Shown here one piece after another: positions 50,013 to 62,872 of a stretch of 64,000 bases of DNA. How positions within the stretch are numbered: the first letter of the stretch is position 1; each line of letters starts with the position of its first letter. Both the position numbers and the translations under genes were made by a program. The DNA is taken from positions 14,880,001 through 14,944,000 of the forward strand of contig CM060732.1 of NCBI GenBank assembly GCA_030704615.1, given 5' to 3'. Source of the DNA: Takakia lepidozioides (taxonomy: Eukaryota; Plantae; Bryophyta). The notes beneath the pieces are model-generated. The model did no database searches. It had not been told where the DNA came from and saw only the letters and a program-made list of their open reading frames with translations.

Positions 50013-52236
50013 CATGGAGAAGCTTTGGAATGAACACTTCTCCGAAGCCAGTCAATTGTGGGACAATGGAGACAAAAAAGTGAATTCCTGTTGGAAGCAG
50101 ATGCAACTCGGCATAAAAACTAGTTTGATAAGTATGGTTTGGGTTTTTGCTGGAAGAATTCTAGGCTGTCATTGTATGTTGCTAGCAGCAAGGCAAGGAT
50201 GTATGCATGATTTGTGCAGAGGCATGGATAGCTGAAGGAGCTGGAATGAAGTGTGGGTTCCCTCTTATCAAAACCGGCCCTAAATTTTCATGTTGAATTC
50301 TGCAAGTTAGCTGGTTGGGTGAACCTTTGATAGTTGGAGTGACTTTGACATGATACTGCCAAAGTATCTAGAAACAGGTAAGAGAGAACTTTTACAGTAT
50401 AGCCTGAGAAGAGCGTGAAGAGATGTCTGCCCCTGCCACCAGCTAACGTTTGTGACTTGGACTAGTTAGACTTTCTATTTAGTTTATCTTTCATACTGTT
50501 GTTACAATTCTGGGACTCAGACTGTGTGGACAACAGGTCATGAAATCGAAACAAAACTGCAGCTTACCTTCTCCGTCCGCAGCTTGCCTCTACCACCACC
50601 ACCAGCGGCGACGCCTCCCCCTCGAGCGTCCTTCTTCCTCCCCATTGCCGCAGCAGCTCGTTGCCTCGGGGTGGTATAGTATAAGGACGAGATGCGGCGC
50701 CTCCGTCTCATCTTCGCAACGGGAGTCTCCAGGGTGTAGAGACTAGAGACGTGTTAAGTGCTTGTGTAGTTTGTGTGTGTTTGTGTGGGGGAGTGAAAGG
50801 GATAATGTGCAAGTATAGTAGACTAGGTTAGTGTAGTAATGAGACTGGGGTAGTCGTGTGGTAATGGCAGCAAGTTTAGCTGAATAGAAACAGTTTATTA
50901 ACAAAAAAGTAAAGGTTGTTTTATTGAATACAGCATGGCTTGGTTGTAAGGTCGTGGTGTATTTTCCACTAGGTTGCGGGTTCAAACCTGTGCCCGCCAA
51001 GGAGAGCGAGGGCGAAGGCTAAGGCCTTAAAAAGGCCAAATCTGAAATGTGAAATGTGAACCTTTTTTATATTCTCTAGTGTTAGTCCTTTTGAAACCAA
51101 TGGCTCCATCATGTCAATCGTCATAAACTTCTGATAGACCCAAATCTGAAAATTAATTTGACTCAAACCTGAAAGTTTTAATTCTATTTGTCGAGGTTTT
51201 TTTCAAACAAATTTTAAAACAAGACATTTTTGTCATTACACTAATGGACTTCAGTGAGTGGGTTACACGTGGATCCTCACAAGATGGTTGTACGATTGAC
51301 ATGTTACTTTTTGGCGGCGCCTTAATAAAACAATATAAAGTAAGTGATAAAGTAATTGAACATTTTGTTATGGGTGTATTAATCAATTTATTGGTTTTAG
51401 AGTCAATTGTCGCCGCAAATACTCGTACTCATTACTCATTTTTCAAGAGTTTGTTGGACCCTATGTTTTATTGCATATGGTTTGGAATTCATGCCGAGTA
51501 ACTTCCCCTAGTTGTTGTAGTGACACTGACATGTACGTCTACATGAGCTATGTAATCGTGCTTCTAGTAAGGTCTACAACTAGAATGATAGCCGAACCCT
51601 GCCAGAATTTTGGACCCTGGTTCTTGGAAATTGTCCACTTCCATTGTCATAATATGCTTCACATATGCAGTTTGTCAAATAAGAGAAGTTTGATGATTGC
51701 AAGATCCATAATGAAAATGTGTCATTTGTTACTTTTAATATACATCATCGTGATGTCCACCTCCATCAACATCAGAAGTCTGATCTCTAATGACCATTGG
51801 GTTTGGCAAGGATATGCCACGGGGTGTGCCTGCCACGTGCTGGAATGTGAGCCTGCCCATGCTCACAAGCTCACGGGGCTAGGTTCACGTTCTAGCGTTC
51901 CCCTATTGATTTCAAATATACCCTCAGGGTCCGGGTTACCCCTTTATAGTTAAAAAATGGACCCTCCGGGTCTGGGTTTCAAATTTGTGTGCACATACAA
52001 TCCAGGTCGGGTCAGGGTAAAATAAGATCTGAATAATGAACTGGGTTAGGGTATGTCCGAGTAGTCATGTAATACACCCTCAGTGCTAGGGTAAATTAAG
52101 GGTCCAGGCCTATTAAGCAAATAATGGCACAACACAGTAATAAGGACCCAAAAAAAAAACTTTAAAACAATCCAATAGAAATGGCGCAGCTAATTCATGT
52201 TTTCAACACTTTAAAAAAAACAATCGGGGTGGTATC

Positions 52237-53251
52237 CAGTGTTGGACTAGTATGTCTAATTTTTAATACCAGACTGGTTCTGGTATCAAGGGTCACACCC
52301 TTTTTTCATACCAGGCTGGTATAAGTATTTATACAGACATGAGCAACCTGGGTATGAATAGGGTATGAATTTTTATATTTTGGGCTGTATATGAGTATGG
52401 TACTGGTATCGTTCTTTTTTTATATATATACTGGGGGTATATGAGCACTGGTATGTATTTCATCCACATTAATATCATCCATATTCATTTTAAAAATAAT
52501 AATAATTTTTTAAAGCTGAAGTGCACACTTCAGCATCAAGAGGGTCCTCGTCTCCAAAGGGAAGTGCTCAAATCAGGCAAAATAAAATGCCCATATGATT
52601 TTAGAGTTTGAATTCAAACAGGGAGCCTTGCATTAACAAAGTGGTAGTAAAGATTTTGACTACCTGCACTAAGATCCTGGCAAGCTGCACTAGCAGATGT
52701 TACTCCTCGAAGTATCCAGCCTCTTCTAACTCGTCCTCATGTTCGTCAAGTAATTCTGCCTCTGCAGAGTAAAACTCTCCCACTATATCCGATGCAAATG
52801 AACAGCCCGACCTTGCATCGTCTGGCCAGTTTTTATAAATCATGACTAGCGTGTCTAGATTGGTAATTCCAAGTCGACAACGTCGCAAGCTCGTGAGCAA
52901 TCCGGCAACCGAAAAAATTCTCTCAGTCTCAATCTGAGATCCAGGTATGGCAAGAATTTGCCTAGCCAAAAATGCAACATTTGGGAACTGAACTGCATGG
53001 TCCTTCCACCAAGTCAAAGATTTGACAGCCTCTTCCTCCGACACAGCAAGACGACAAAAGACAGATAATTCCGATACAAGTAGGGCCTCAGAAGCCTCCT
53101 CTGCCGATGTTGGAGCATCAAAGAGGGAATCCATGGGGTAATCTGCAACTGTTAGACATTGACAATGGACTGTAGAGACGCATGAATATATGAAGTAGGA
53201 ATGTGAGCATACTTGAGGCTGTTGGAGTAGAAGCAACAAACATCGAGACAA
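52237..53251 (-). mobile_element. hAT transposon remnant: TIR plus transposase C-terminal dimerization domain (52700-~53130)
   Basis: CAGTGTTGGACTAGTAT at 52237; LTWWKDHAVQFPNVAFLARQILAIPGSQIETERIFSVAG..RRCRL. Confidence 0.88.
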
Positions 53252-53659
53252 GTGGCTACTTCATTGACAATGGGAGTGATGTAGTGTGATGGTTGGGGAT
53301 TTGCACAGCCTGTTCCTCAACATCTTTGATCTTCATATTCCTTGGTTTGACAATAAAACTACATATTTGCCTACCTAATCCTTGCTGCATGTGCAACCGC
53401 TGATTGAGGTGCTATTTAACAATAAATTTCAGATGCCAATATCATATACATATATCATGACCTTCCCATCCTCACAAGTGCAGCCCAAGCCCCCCCCACC
53501 CAGTCCAATAAAACTTCCCTTGCTAGCATACTCAAATGGGACGACTTTGAAGCCTCCAAATCCCTACAAAAATCAAAATATGAAGACGCAATCACATTGG
53601 CCATTCCTAGGACCACCATGTTCCATGAAACAGGCATATGATTCCGGGGTGATGCCTCT

Positions 53660-54340
53660 GAAACAACGTAAACGTGTGACTAACAGAGCCCACCTCTATT
53701 GGGGTATAGAACAGGGCATATTTTTAAGGGTAATACCCTTACAAGGATGTCCTCTGCTTGTGACAGACTATACCTCTACTGGTATATGCAGCAGGATGCT
53801 GTTTTTCAGGTGATACCCTTACAAAGGAGTGCACAGTGAGTGACATCCGCACATCACCCTCAGATTCACCTTCATTACGGGCGACAGCCGTTGACAGTCG
53901 CCCTTTTAAGCATGACAACGGGCGACCGTAACAGCGGTCGCCCATCTAATGGGTAGTCGGGAGGCGCAGGAAGTGGCGGGCACGTTCATGCTTCACCTTA
54001 ATAACAGTCGTCCATTTACAGATGGCAATGGGCGACCATATTCGCGGTCGCCTGCCTAAAGAATATAGGCCCGCGAGCACATGACTTGGCGGGTTCAGCA
54101 TTTTTGAGAAACACGCAGCGACCGTCCGAAAATGGAGGCTCCCGGTGATACCTCTTAAAGGATGTACGCTGTGACTCACGGACCATGCCTCTGTTGTGTC
54201 CTTGGAACAGGGCATGGACTTATAGGCGATACCACGGCAGGGATGTAGACAGTGGATTCCAGACTATACCTCTGCTGGTGTATGCAACAGGGCGACGATT
54301 TGCAGGTGATACCTCTGCAAGGGTGTGCGCTGCAAGTATC
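53660..54340. repeat. Degenerate array of gtgatacc(c/t)t...gg.tgt motifs, interrupted by copy C
   Basis: At least six related motifs (e.g. ~53730, 53768, 53810, 54145, 54264, 54306). Confidence 0.6.
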
Positions 54341-54425
54341 TGTCGTGTGCATACATATCGCTACACAACTACATCGATGTCCAAACCACACCACATATAT
54401 ATGCACAATAAAGTAGTCTGCCACA
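54341..54425 (-). repeat. Terminal repeat segment B2 of copy C (85 bp)
   Basis: Direct repeat of 54778-54862 with two mismatches; TG...CA ends. Confidence 0.92.
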
Positions 54426-54426
54426 A

Positions 54427-54862
54427 TGATAAGAAAACCAAAGAACACACTGTTGACACAAAACATGAAAACCAAAACCATCACTCTTTGAAATAGTAGT
54501 CGAGCCAGGGGCACCCAAGCTATGGGGACTCCACCCACAACAACCTACACTCCCATCATAAGTACACTCAGATCTAAACGCATGCAGGAGCTCGGTCGCA
54601 CAAGCTCAACTCGAGAGAGATGAGCTACTCGACTGCCGCTCTCGTGAAGATAAGGCCGTTCAGGTGTCAAACTAAACTTGACACCTGATTTAACACTTGA
54701 CCTAAATCCAAGTGTTAAATACAAATAACTAGCTTTTTTCTAGTTCTTTTCACACTGTGCTTATTTAACTTGACAGCTGTCGTGCGCATACATATCGCTA
54801 CACAACTACATCGTTGTCCAAACCACACCACATATATATGCACAATAAAGTAGTCTGCCACA
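54427..54862 (-). repeat. 3' LTR of copy C = B1 (54778-54862) + GC + A2 (54427-54775)
   Basis: Homologous to 13889-14324 and preceded by the PPT at 54863-54874. Confidence 0.92.
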
Positions 54863-55121
54863 ATCGCCCCCCTAGCTGGTGGGTAGGTCCCTCTACCTCC
54901 AGATAGCTACAAGATGTAATAGCCACAGCCGTACTAAGTCCTCTATCACTGTCCCTATTGTACTCAAACTCTATAGACCAAGAGGCCGGGTACAAGAGTA
55001 GCCCCATCGTTAGTCGCCGTCTTGCAATCTGTGAACTTGAGCCAGGACCTCGTGTGTTCAAGGTCTCCTAGTAGCTGGCCTTGCGTTTCTTGTTAGCCTT
55101 CCATGGTTGTATCCACTCCCA

Positions 55122-56543
55122 CTATCCAATGCAATGTGGACATAACCAATCCCCATCCGGAACCATCTCAAGAGGTGGAGTCAAGCATCCCATATGCCAA
55201 CCTCTAGAGCATCGATCACACACCAGCATGGTGGCTGCCCCTTTAGCAGACCCACACAACATGCACCTCAAACCTGCAGATACCACTGCCAGGTTTGGGT
55301 CAATCCTGCCATCGACATTCGGAAGGTGACATGGCGCACAATTACGCACATGGTCCTTCCAAGTTATGCCATCCCGACCCTCCAAGACCAAGACGCCTGA
55401 GGGCAAGACCTCTCGAACCCTCAAAATAACACGTCCTGCAGTCACATCCAGGGTCGTAGGAGCAGTCTGCTGCAGATAGACATAGTCACCAGGGTTGAAT
55501 CTCCGAACCCCAGGACGATAGCCCCCACCACGTATGGTAGCATACCTCAACGTATCACGGTGTTGTGCAATGGCAAGGTTCTCGAAAGCCATGGGCATGA
55601 CTCTCTTGAACAACTCTGCACGCTGCTCACATGCACGTGCCCACACGTCCGGATCGTCAAGGTTAAGAACTGTAGCAGCTTCTCTGCGAATGGATGTAGG
55701 CAAATCCGGCTCTCGGCCAAAGAGAAGAAAGTATGGTGAGAAGGAGGCAAGTGATGCTTGCTTGCTGAACCTGTAGCCCATGGCTAACCAGGGTAACTGA
55801 AGGTCCCAATCTCCTAGGTGTCCCTTCTGCAAGCCATACTTGCGCAAACCCCTCTTTACTGTCTGAACAACTCTCTCTGCCAAGCCATCGGCCTCAGGAT
55901 GATCCCGAGAAGTGGTGCGGTGGTCTATCAAGGCCTTGTCACACAAAGCTGAAACTCCCCCAAGAACTCTCTCCTTGGTCCGTGAGTACCTCAGCTGGAG
56001 CACCGAATCGGCTAAGCACACAATCCAAGAATGCATACGCAGCTCCCTCACTAGCCTTATCAGGCAATGGAACCAATTCAATCCACTTGGAGAAGTGCTC
56101 CACCATCACCAACACGTACTTGTTGTGGCGCATGGTCAGTGGCAACGGCCCTGCGAAGTCAAGACTCCACCTGTAGCCCAATCCCATGATCGGAAGAGGG
56201 TGCAATTGTGGAGTAGGGGCGTTGAATGAAGCACGCACCCTGTCACACACCATGCACCTAGCCACAAATTGTTGCACCTCTGTGTGCATACCACGCCACC
56301 AATACTGCCCCTGCAGTAGACTATGAGTGCGTCGCACCCCAAAATGCCCCAACTCCTCATGGGCATGCGCACTAACCGTGCCCGCTGTGTTGGGTGAGGC
56401 ACAATCCTCACTCGACCATCCTCCCACACTCGGAGCAGGTGTGTCCCCTCCCACTTGAACCTCTTGGCTCGTTGTAGGATCCGATCCCTCTCCTTGGCAG
56501 TCACAGTGGCTGCCGTGTCTCCAGTGCGGAGGTAGTCCAACAC
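55122..56543 (-). CDS. Integrase plus PHD finger, copy C (frameshifted)
   Basis: Same motifs as 14585-15833; the PHD peptide is identical. Confidence 0.9.
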
Positions 56544-56765
56544 AACTGAATCCTCATGTATATCTTTGGCGCCACCTTGCTCATTGCTGGCCTCAGGTCC
56601 TCAGACACTTGATCTACAGTCATCCCTGTTGCAGGTCCAACCTGGCCTTCCGCTGCCAAGATACACAGAAATGCAGATGCATGCCATCGGGCACCATCTC
56701 CTCGTCCGTCTCACCATGCCACCGAGCTCCAGTGTCATCCTGCTGGCTCGTGCATGGATTGCGAC

Positions 56766-58087
56766 TCAACCATCTGCATTGCGATTGACCAAACCCGGTC
56801 GATGCACCACCTGAAAGTCATACTCTTGAAGGATGAGTGCCCACCGTGCAAGCTTCCCCGTAAGCTTGTCTGACTCCATCAACCACTTGAGTGGTTGGTG
56901 ATCCGTGACAAGGGTGAAGAGATTGCCGTATAGATAGCACCTGAAGTGTGCCACGGCCCACACTGCAGCTAAGCATTCTCCCTCATATGAGCTATACTTA
57001 GACTCTGCATTGTTCGAGCGGCTAGCATAAGCCACTACGAACTCTCTTCCCTCATCATCCACCTGTGTGAGCACCGCTCCAAGCCCCAGCATGCTCCAAT
57101 CTGTATGCAGCTGAAAAGGACGCCCCCTGATAGGTCGTCTCAAGATGGGCGCCGAGGTCAACCTCGCCTTGAGCTCTTGAAAAGCTTGTTCTTGCTCATC
57201 TTCCCACTGCCACTCCTGGTCCACCTTGGTCAGCTTGGTTAGAGCCTTTGCAATGGCACTAAATCCCTTAACAAACCGTCTGTAATAGTTTGCTAACCCC
57301 ATGAAAGCTCGAACTCGGCTCACATCCGTGGGGCGTGGAACCTGTGCAATGGACTCTACCTTAGTCTGCTGTACCCCAATCCTCCAGGATATATCATGTG
57401 ACCCAGATACTCAATCTGGTTGTGGAAAAACTTGCACTTGCCCGGATGTAACTTCAATCCGTGCGTCCTCAAGCGCTCAAATACCCCCTGAAGGTGTCTC
57501 TCATGCTCCTCCACCGTAGCACTAAAGATGATGATGTCATCTATGTAGCACCGAGCAAACTCCACCCCTGCTAGAATCCTGTCCATGACTCTTTGAAACT
57601 CAGCGGGAGCGTTTTTAAGCCCAAATGGTAAGAACCGCCACTGGTATAGGCAATCCTTCCCGTGCTCATTGATCCCCCAGAATGCCGTCTTTTGCTTATC
57701 CGCCTCCTTGATCGGCAACTGGTGATATCCGGATCGTAAATCCAACGTGCTAAAGACCTTGGAATGCCCAATGGCATCAAAGATCTCCTCTGGTGTTGGC
57801 ATGGCATACCTATCGGACTTGGTCTGACGATTTACAGGCCGGTAATCACCGCACATACGTCTCTCCGTCCAATTGCCATAGACATCCTTCTTAGCTGGCA
57901 TCACTGTGGCTGAAGCATACTCTCCACCAGAGAGCTCCACCAAACCTGCCTCCCAGAGATCTTGAGTCCTCATCTGAATCAAAGACCTCTCCATGTCACT
58001 GTATCTATAGGGTCTCCGAAAGATTGGCGTGTCAGTGGCCAACTCAATACGGATCTCTTGACCCTTCAGTGCTCCCAAGTCCTTCAA
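56766..58087 (-). CDS. Reverse transcriptase and RNase H, copy C (frameshifted)
   Basis: CYIDD, LPFGLKNAP, LHTDWS, VTDHQPL. Confidence 0.93.
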
Positions 58088-58539
58088 ACTGAAGGCAAAG
58101 CAATTCCTGTAAGCCCTCAGGAACCGCCGTATACGTCGTCTCTCTCCTCCGGTGACAATGGGTCCAATGTCAGGCTCCCAATTGTCCTCCGTAACTGCAA
58201 CCTTAAGTCCAGTGGGCTTAGAGGTAGAGGACGCGTCCCGTGGTTGCTATGCTGCAACCTCTTGAGCAGTACTCCTTCCTGCTCAGTCAATGACAAGGCC
58301 TCATCCTGCCCCATCATCTCATCATTGAGAACCTCCTCAACCCGAGAAGAATCCCAACCTCATCCATCACAGCTGCCTTGGCTGCCAACTCCCTCTGAAC
58401 CTCGAGCACCTCCCACGTGTGCCATGGATGTCTACACCCCGTGGTCCTCACCGGCTCGCCCCCACTCGCTGCCTGTACCGTCTCGGTAGGCAGAGAGACC
58501 ATCAAGGGAAGTGCACTCCGCACTCTACGTTGCTCAGCC

Positions 58540-59470
58540 ATAGCCAAGCTGATAATCCAGGTCAAGCAATTGAGATCCATTGCTTGCCCCAACACCTGAC
58601 GACGTGATGCCTCAGAAAGAGAAGGCACCGCCGTGGTCCCAGTGGAAAACCCCATAGCCGCTCTCCGCTCGTCGGGCATTAGGCTCCACTAACTGCTGCA
58701 ACTGAGCATCCCACAGGAGGCCAGGTCCACCATCCCGAAAAGCATGGGATCCTGGAAGCTGAGCAGTGTAGGTAATGCTGCTCGTGGTTGACCCACCCTG
58801 TTGACCACTGCCAAAGGCGAACGGTCATCGTGTCTCACACGTTGAGACTGCCTCCCTGTGTCCAAAATGCCATCCACGGTGAGGTGTGCTGGCCGCTGCA
58901 CCCCCATCAAATGCACGCTTGAGCAGTGCGGGTGGCATCAAGTTAGTCCACCAAAGCCGTGGACGATGAGCCCGTGACCCCACTGCAGCTGCATCCAGCA
59001 ACACTGCTGACCCAAGCCACGACCGGACTTGATGCACACTGGCCATCACCTGGCCCGAGAATGTATGCTGGAGACCAGCTTGATGAAGCTGCAAGTGGCG
59101 CAAAATCCGCACCATCTCCCAAAACAGACCCGTCCTCGAGTCTCGCAATCCATTGCCATGCCCGGCTGATGAATGCCCTTGGCAGGGCCAACCTGCCACT
59201 ACCAGATCAATGGAGCCAACCTGCTCCAAATCCTGCGCCCCCAGCAAGGAAATGTCTGCTGGCAAGGCTTGTTGGTATCCACGAACTGCAGACACTGGCA
59301 ACAAGTCAGGGTACTGCTGTACCAACTGAGCAACATGGCGCAGTGAGACGCGTCGTGCAGTCTCATCCCTCTCCACATACAGGTAACGTCGAACTCGTAC
59401 ACCTGCCTGCAGCACTGCAGCCAATCCAGTGCTGATCCCGCCAAACAAGTCCAGAAGGCATATGCCTTCA
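58540..59470 (-). CDS. DNMT3-like C5 cytosine methyltransferase domain, copy C (motif VI ENV deleted)
   Basis: ICLLDLFGGISTG, YLYVERD, IDLVVAGWPCQG, RAHRPRLWWTNL, RRQVLGQAMD. About 30 bp around ENVP is missing near 59055. Confidence 0.9.
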
Positions 59471-59879
59471 TCCGGCACTGCCACACAAGAGGTGTGGTGT
59501 CCAATGGCGACAACTGAGGTGGTCCTGGTGCAATCACCGCACTCTCCTCCTCTCCTGACGGTACAAAGCTTCTACCCAGCTTGTTGCACCCGTCCATCAG
59601 CAGCCTGCTGCAAATCCTTGCTCGTACCCCACAATGGAGTGTGAGCAACCATGGCAGGCAACTCCGCCATACCATGCATGTCATCCTGCTCTGCTGGAGG
59701 TGGCACATCCTCTGCATGGGCATTGCCTCCAGCAACTCTCCAGGCCAACTAACTGCAGCTGTAAAGGCGGCTAGTGTTGGCATCTTGCCCGCTGGGCAGC
59801 CGCAATACCCCCAATGAATGTCACAGGGAGCTGTGCACGGCGACCATCCCTGACTGCCATCCAGGCCTGTAGGATGCTG

Positions 59880-60270
59880 ACTCCTCCCAAAAGTCCAGGG
59901 TGAAGCCCATGGGGTATAACACTGCCCCACCAACGAGGACATCGTAAGAGACGCGTCTGTCACAATGGCCTTGGCTCGCATCACTGAGCCATCTTAGGAT
60001 GATCCGGCTGCAGTCTAATGGCCAACTGATGCCGTGTCATGCCCGAGCCTGCTCTGATCCTCCCAGAGATGTCTGTATCTGGAAAGGACAAGGCTCCATA
60101 TCCGCCTCCATGAGGCCCAAACCTGCAATAGCAGCTCTGCCCAACATCAGTGGCTGAGCTCCCGAGTCCAACAAGACCCGCAGTGGCCGGTACTTCTTGC
60201 CTGCCGGTCCACTCAAAGTGAAAATGCCTCCCTGGTTGTCTAACAAGACAACTCCAGGTGTCACCATGGC
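59880..60270 (-). pseudogene. Aspartic protease, copy C
   Basis: RPLRVLLDSGAQPLMLG...CPFQIQTSLGG. Confidence 0.85.
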
Positions 60271-60899
60271 GCGCTCAAAGGCTGGCCTAGCTGGCAGCTC
60301 TCAACCTGGCAGCTGCAGCTTGCCATGGCGCAGCCGTGGCAGTCTTGACCCTCAAATCCGAGGATCCCTCTGCCACTACACTCTCACAGAGTGTTGCTAC
60401 TAGTCTGAACACTGCAGCTGGTCTCTCACCCCCCGCGTCGCAATCATTGTTGCCGAGAACAGTGGGGCCTGACACACAGAGGTGGCTGCCCCCAATAACC
60501 ACACCGGACGCACTAGCCTTGGCAGCAGGAGTCAATGCTGCACGTGTAGCTCTCCCCAATGGCATAGTAACCTCCGCCTCGGTAACAGTCGGGCGAGAAC
60601 TAGGTGCCATGGCGATGGCGTCGACACAGTCTCTGCCAATTGGAATGACTGAGGAAGCCTCGCCTGACGGCTTGCCTCCCCACGTTGTGGATCCAAATTC
60701 CACCTCTGCACCTCGTGGCTCAGGAACTCGTGATGCTCCTCGAGTCACGGCTGCAGCAGACTCCACCTGCTCTAGTGGTAGCGCTGCTCCGCACATGAAT
60801 CCCATGCTCCCATATCTCCTCCCTCAGGAGCAGGAGGTGGACCATCCCGCCTGGGAGCCGGTACCGCCTGAGCTATAGCCATGGCAGCGAGCCTCTGCT

Positions 60900-62320
60900 C
60901 TAGCTGCTGAAGCCGATTGGCCATGCTTGGTCAACACCCTGACCTCCGCGTCCTTGGCATGTGGAGCTTGCCCTTGGCCTGCACCTCGTGCCCGACCACC
61001 TCGTCCTCTTGGGCTGGTCCACCTCGCCTCCGGCCACCATTGTTCCCTTGGAACTGGCCTGGGCGCAACTCAGGATGCAAGTCATAACACTGGGCATCTC
61101 CATGCCCATACTTGCCACAATGCCCACACTGCAACTGTGCAGGCTGTGCTTGTGCCGGCCTTTTGCCACTCTCTGGGCAATCTCTCTGACATGGGGTCCT
61201 CCACATGTCCAACATATCACCCCTGGTTGTTGTTGGCCTGCAAAAGATGCCACGGGCCTCTGCACCTGAGGTCCCCTTAAGCTCCATGGAACTTGGCTGG
61301 GCAAACCTGCCCCCCTGACCACTGTTGGGCAGTCCCTTGTGCCTGTGGGCTGACAGCTGTGCCCCATGCAGGCATGTCCTTGCCAAATCCAATTGTAACA
61401 ACTCGCTCCTCCACCATGTTGAGCTCAATCTGCTCAGCCAGCAGAAACACATCTGCTAATGTGGTTGGGCTGCTTGTAACAGGGTGCATCTCGCACCCTT
61501 CTCTTGAGCTCCTTGTCCAGATTCCATACCAAAATTGGATTGCCTGAGCTTCAGTAAACCCCTTGGGTCACACTATCAAGCGCCTCATACGAGTGGTACG
61601 CCTCTCGCAGGCTCCACTGGGTTTGCGCTGGAAGTCTTGCAAACTTCGCAGCTTCTCTGTCCTACACCTTGGTAGTTCCTCCGCAACTCCTGGAAGAACT
61701 CCACCACCGGGTTGAATCTAGGCACATGTGTTGTAGTCGTGGCAGGAGGAGTAGTAGCACCTTTTGAACTGGTCCACCTGCAGAAGTTCACACTACTTGC
61801 TCACTACTAGTGCTGGCAGTGGGAGCTATGGTAGTGATGCAGCTACTGTCGCGTCATGCCTCGAGTAATGGAGACGTAGTCAGGTGACCAATACATCCTC
61901 CACTCCTCAATCTCTGCTTCATGTCCTCGCCTGAACTCGTGGTAATCGTCCATAGGCGGGCCTTCCAAATGCTGGAACAGTCCCTTCCAGCCATGAATGG
62001 GGTGAATAGCTGTGGATTGCGCATCTGCTGCAAATCACACCAGCTGTCGAACTCCTGGATAAAGTCATCCAACTCGATTGTGCCCACAGCTCCAGAGTAC
62101 CTACGAGGCCCCCTTGGTAGCTCCATACATCTCCTCCATGTCGTCCCACAACAATGGCGAATGAAAGTGCACACCTGTTGATGAAGCCTTCGAGTCTGTG
62201 TCTGACTCTACAGTAATTGAGGGTGGCGGTGAAGGTGGTCTGAACCGAATACCTTGTCTTGTGAACCCACTCTCACTGTACTGCCTGTAGCCGTACTCCC
62301 CTCAAAACCCTTGGGTAACT
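60900..62320 (-). pseudogene. Gag, copy C (frameshifted; two zinc knuckles)
   Basis: GTIELDDFIQEFDSWCDLQQMRNP; CWTCGGPH..RDC and CGHCGKYGHGDAQC. Confidence 0.85.
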
Positions 62321-62872
62321 CCGTAATGACACTCACAATGTGCACCTCCTCCACGTGATACTATAAGGCTCTAGTACTAATCTAATAGTGACACGGGTGG
62401 GCACCTGTTGCAGTCTAAGGGTCATATCCCAATGGCTCAGGGCACCTGCACCTGCATCCACCGCAAGAACTCCTATGGTTGGCTGGTCATCAACCCAGCC
62501 TCACCATAGAAGAAACACTGGTGGTCTTGCTGGTCATCACTCCAGCCTCACCACCGACAACATACTCTAGGATTGACCGGTGATCAAATCCGCCTAATCC
62601 CTATGAAAGCAAGCGCCCACACAAAACCAACATGGCGCACAGTCAAGCATGCAGGTGTTGGGGGGGATCCAAACACAAGAAATCAAAACATCAACACCCC
62701 CACACCAAAATCCAGCTGCAATGCTGATCCTGCAGAATATCACAGCCCAAAACCCCAGACTGACTGGCCTCCACCAAGAGAGGCTTTGGCAACTACGAGT
62801 ACAAGGTAATGAAAATAGTACAGAGATGGAGGGGAAGAATAGAAGCCCGCCCAAGCAAGATCTAATCCTGAT

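Noticed and set aside
50930-51000. tRNA gene (box-B-like GGTTCAAACC)
   Set aside because: No convincing cloverleaf or box A; at most a tRNA-derived repeat relic.
50743-51512. Helitron termini at CTAG sites
   Set aside because: No clear subterminal GC hairpin or matching TC 5' end could be identified.
15500-62300. Programmed ribosomal frameshifts in gag-pol
   Set aside because: Frameshift positions differ between B and C, so they are decay or sequencing indels.
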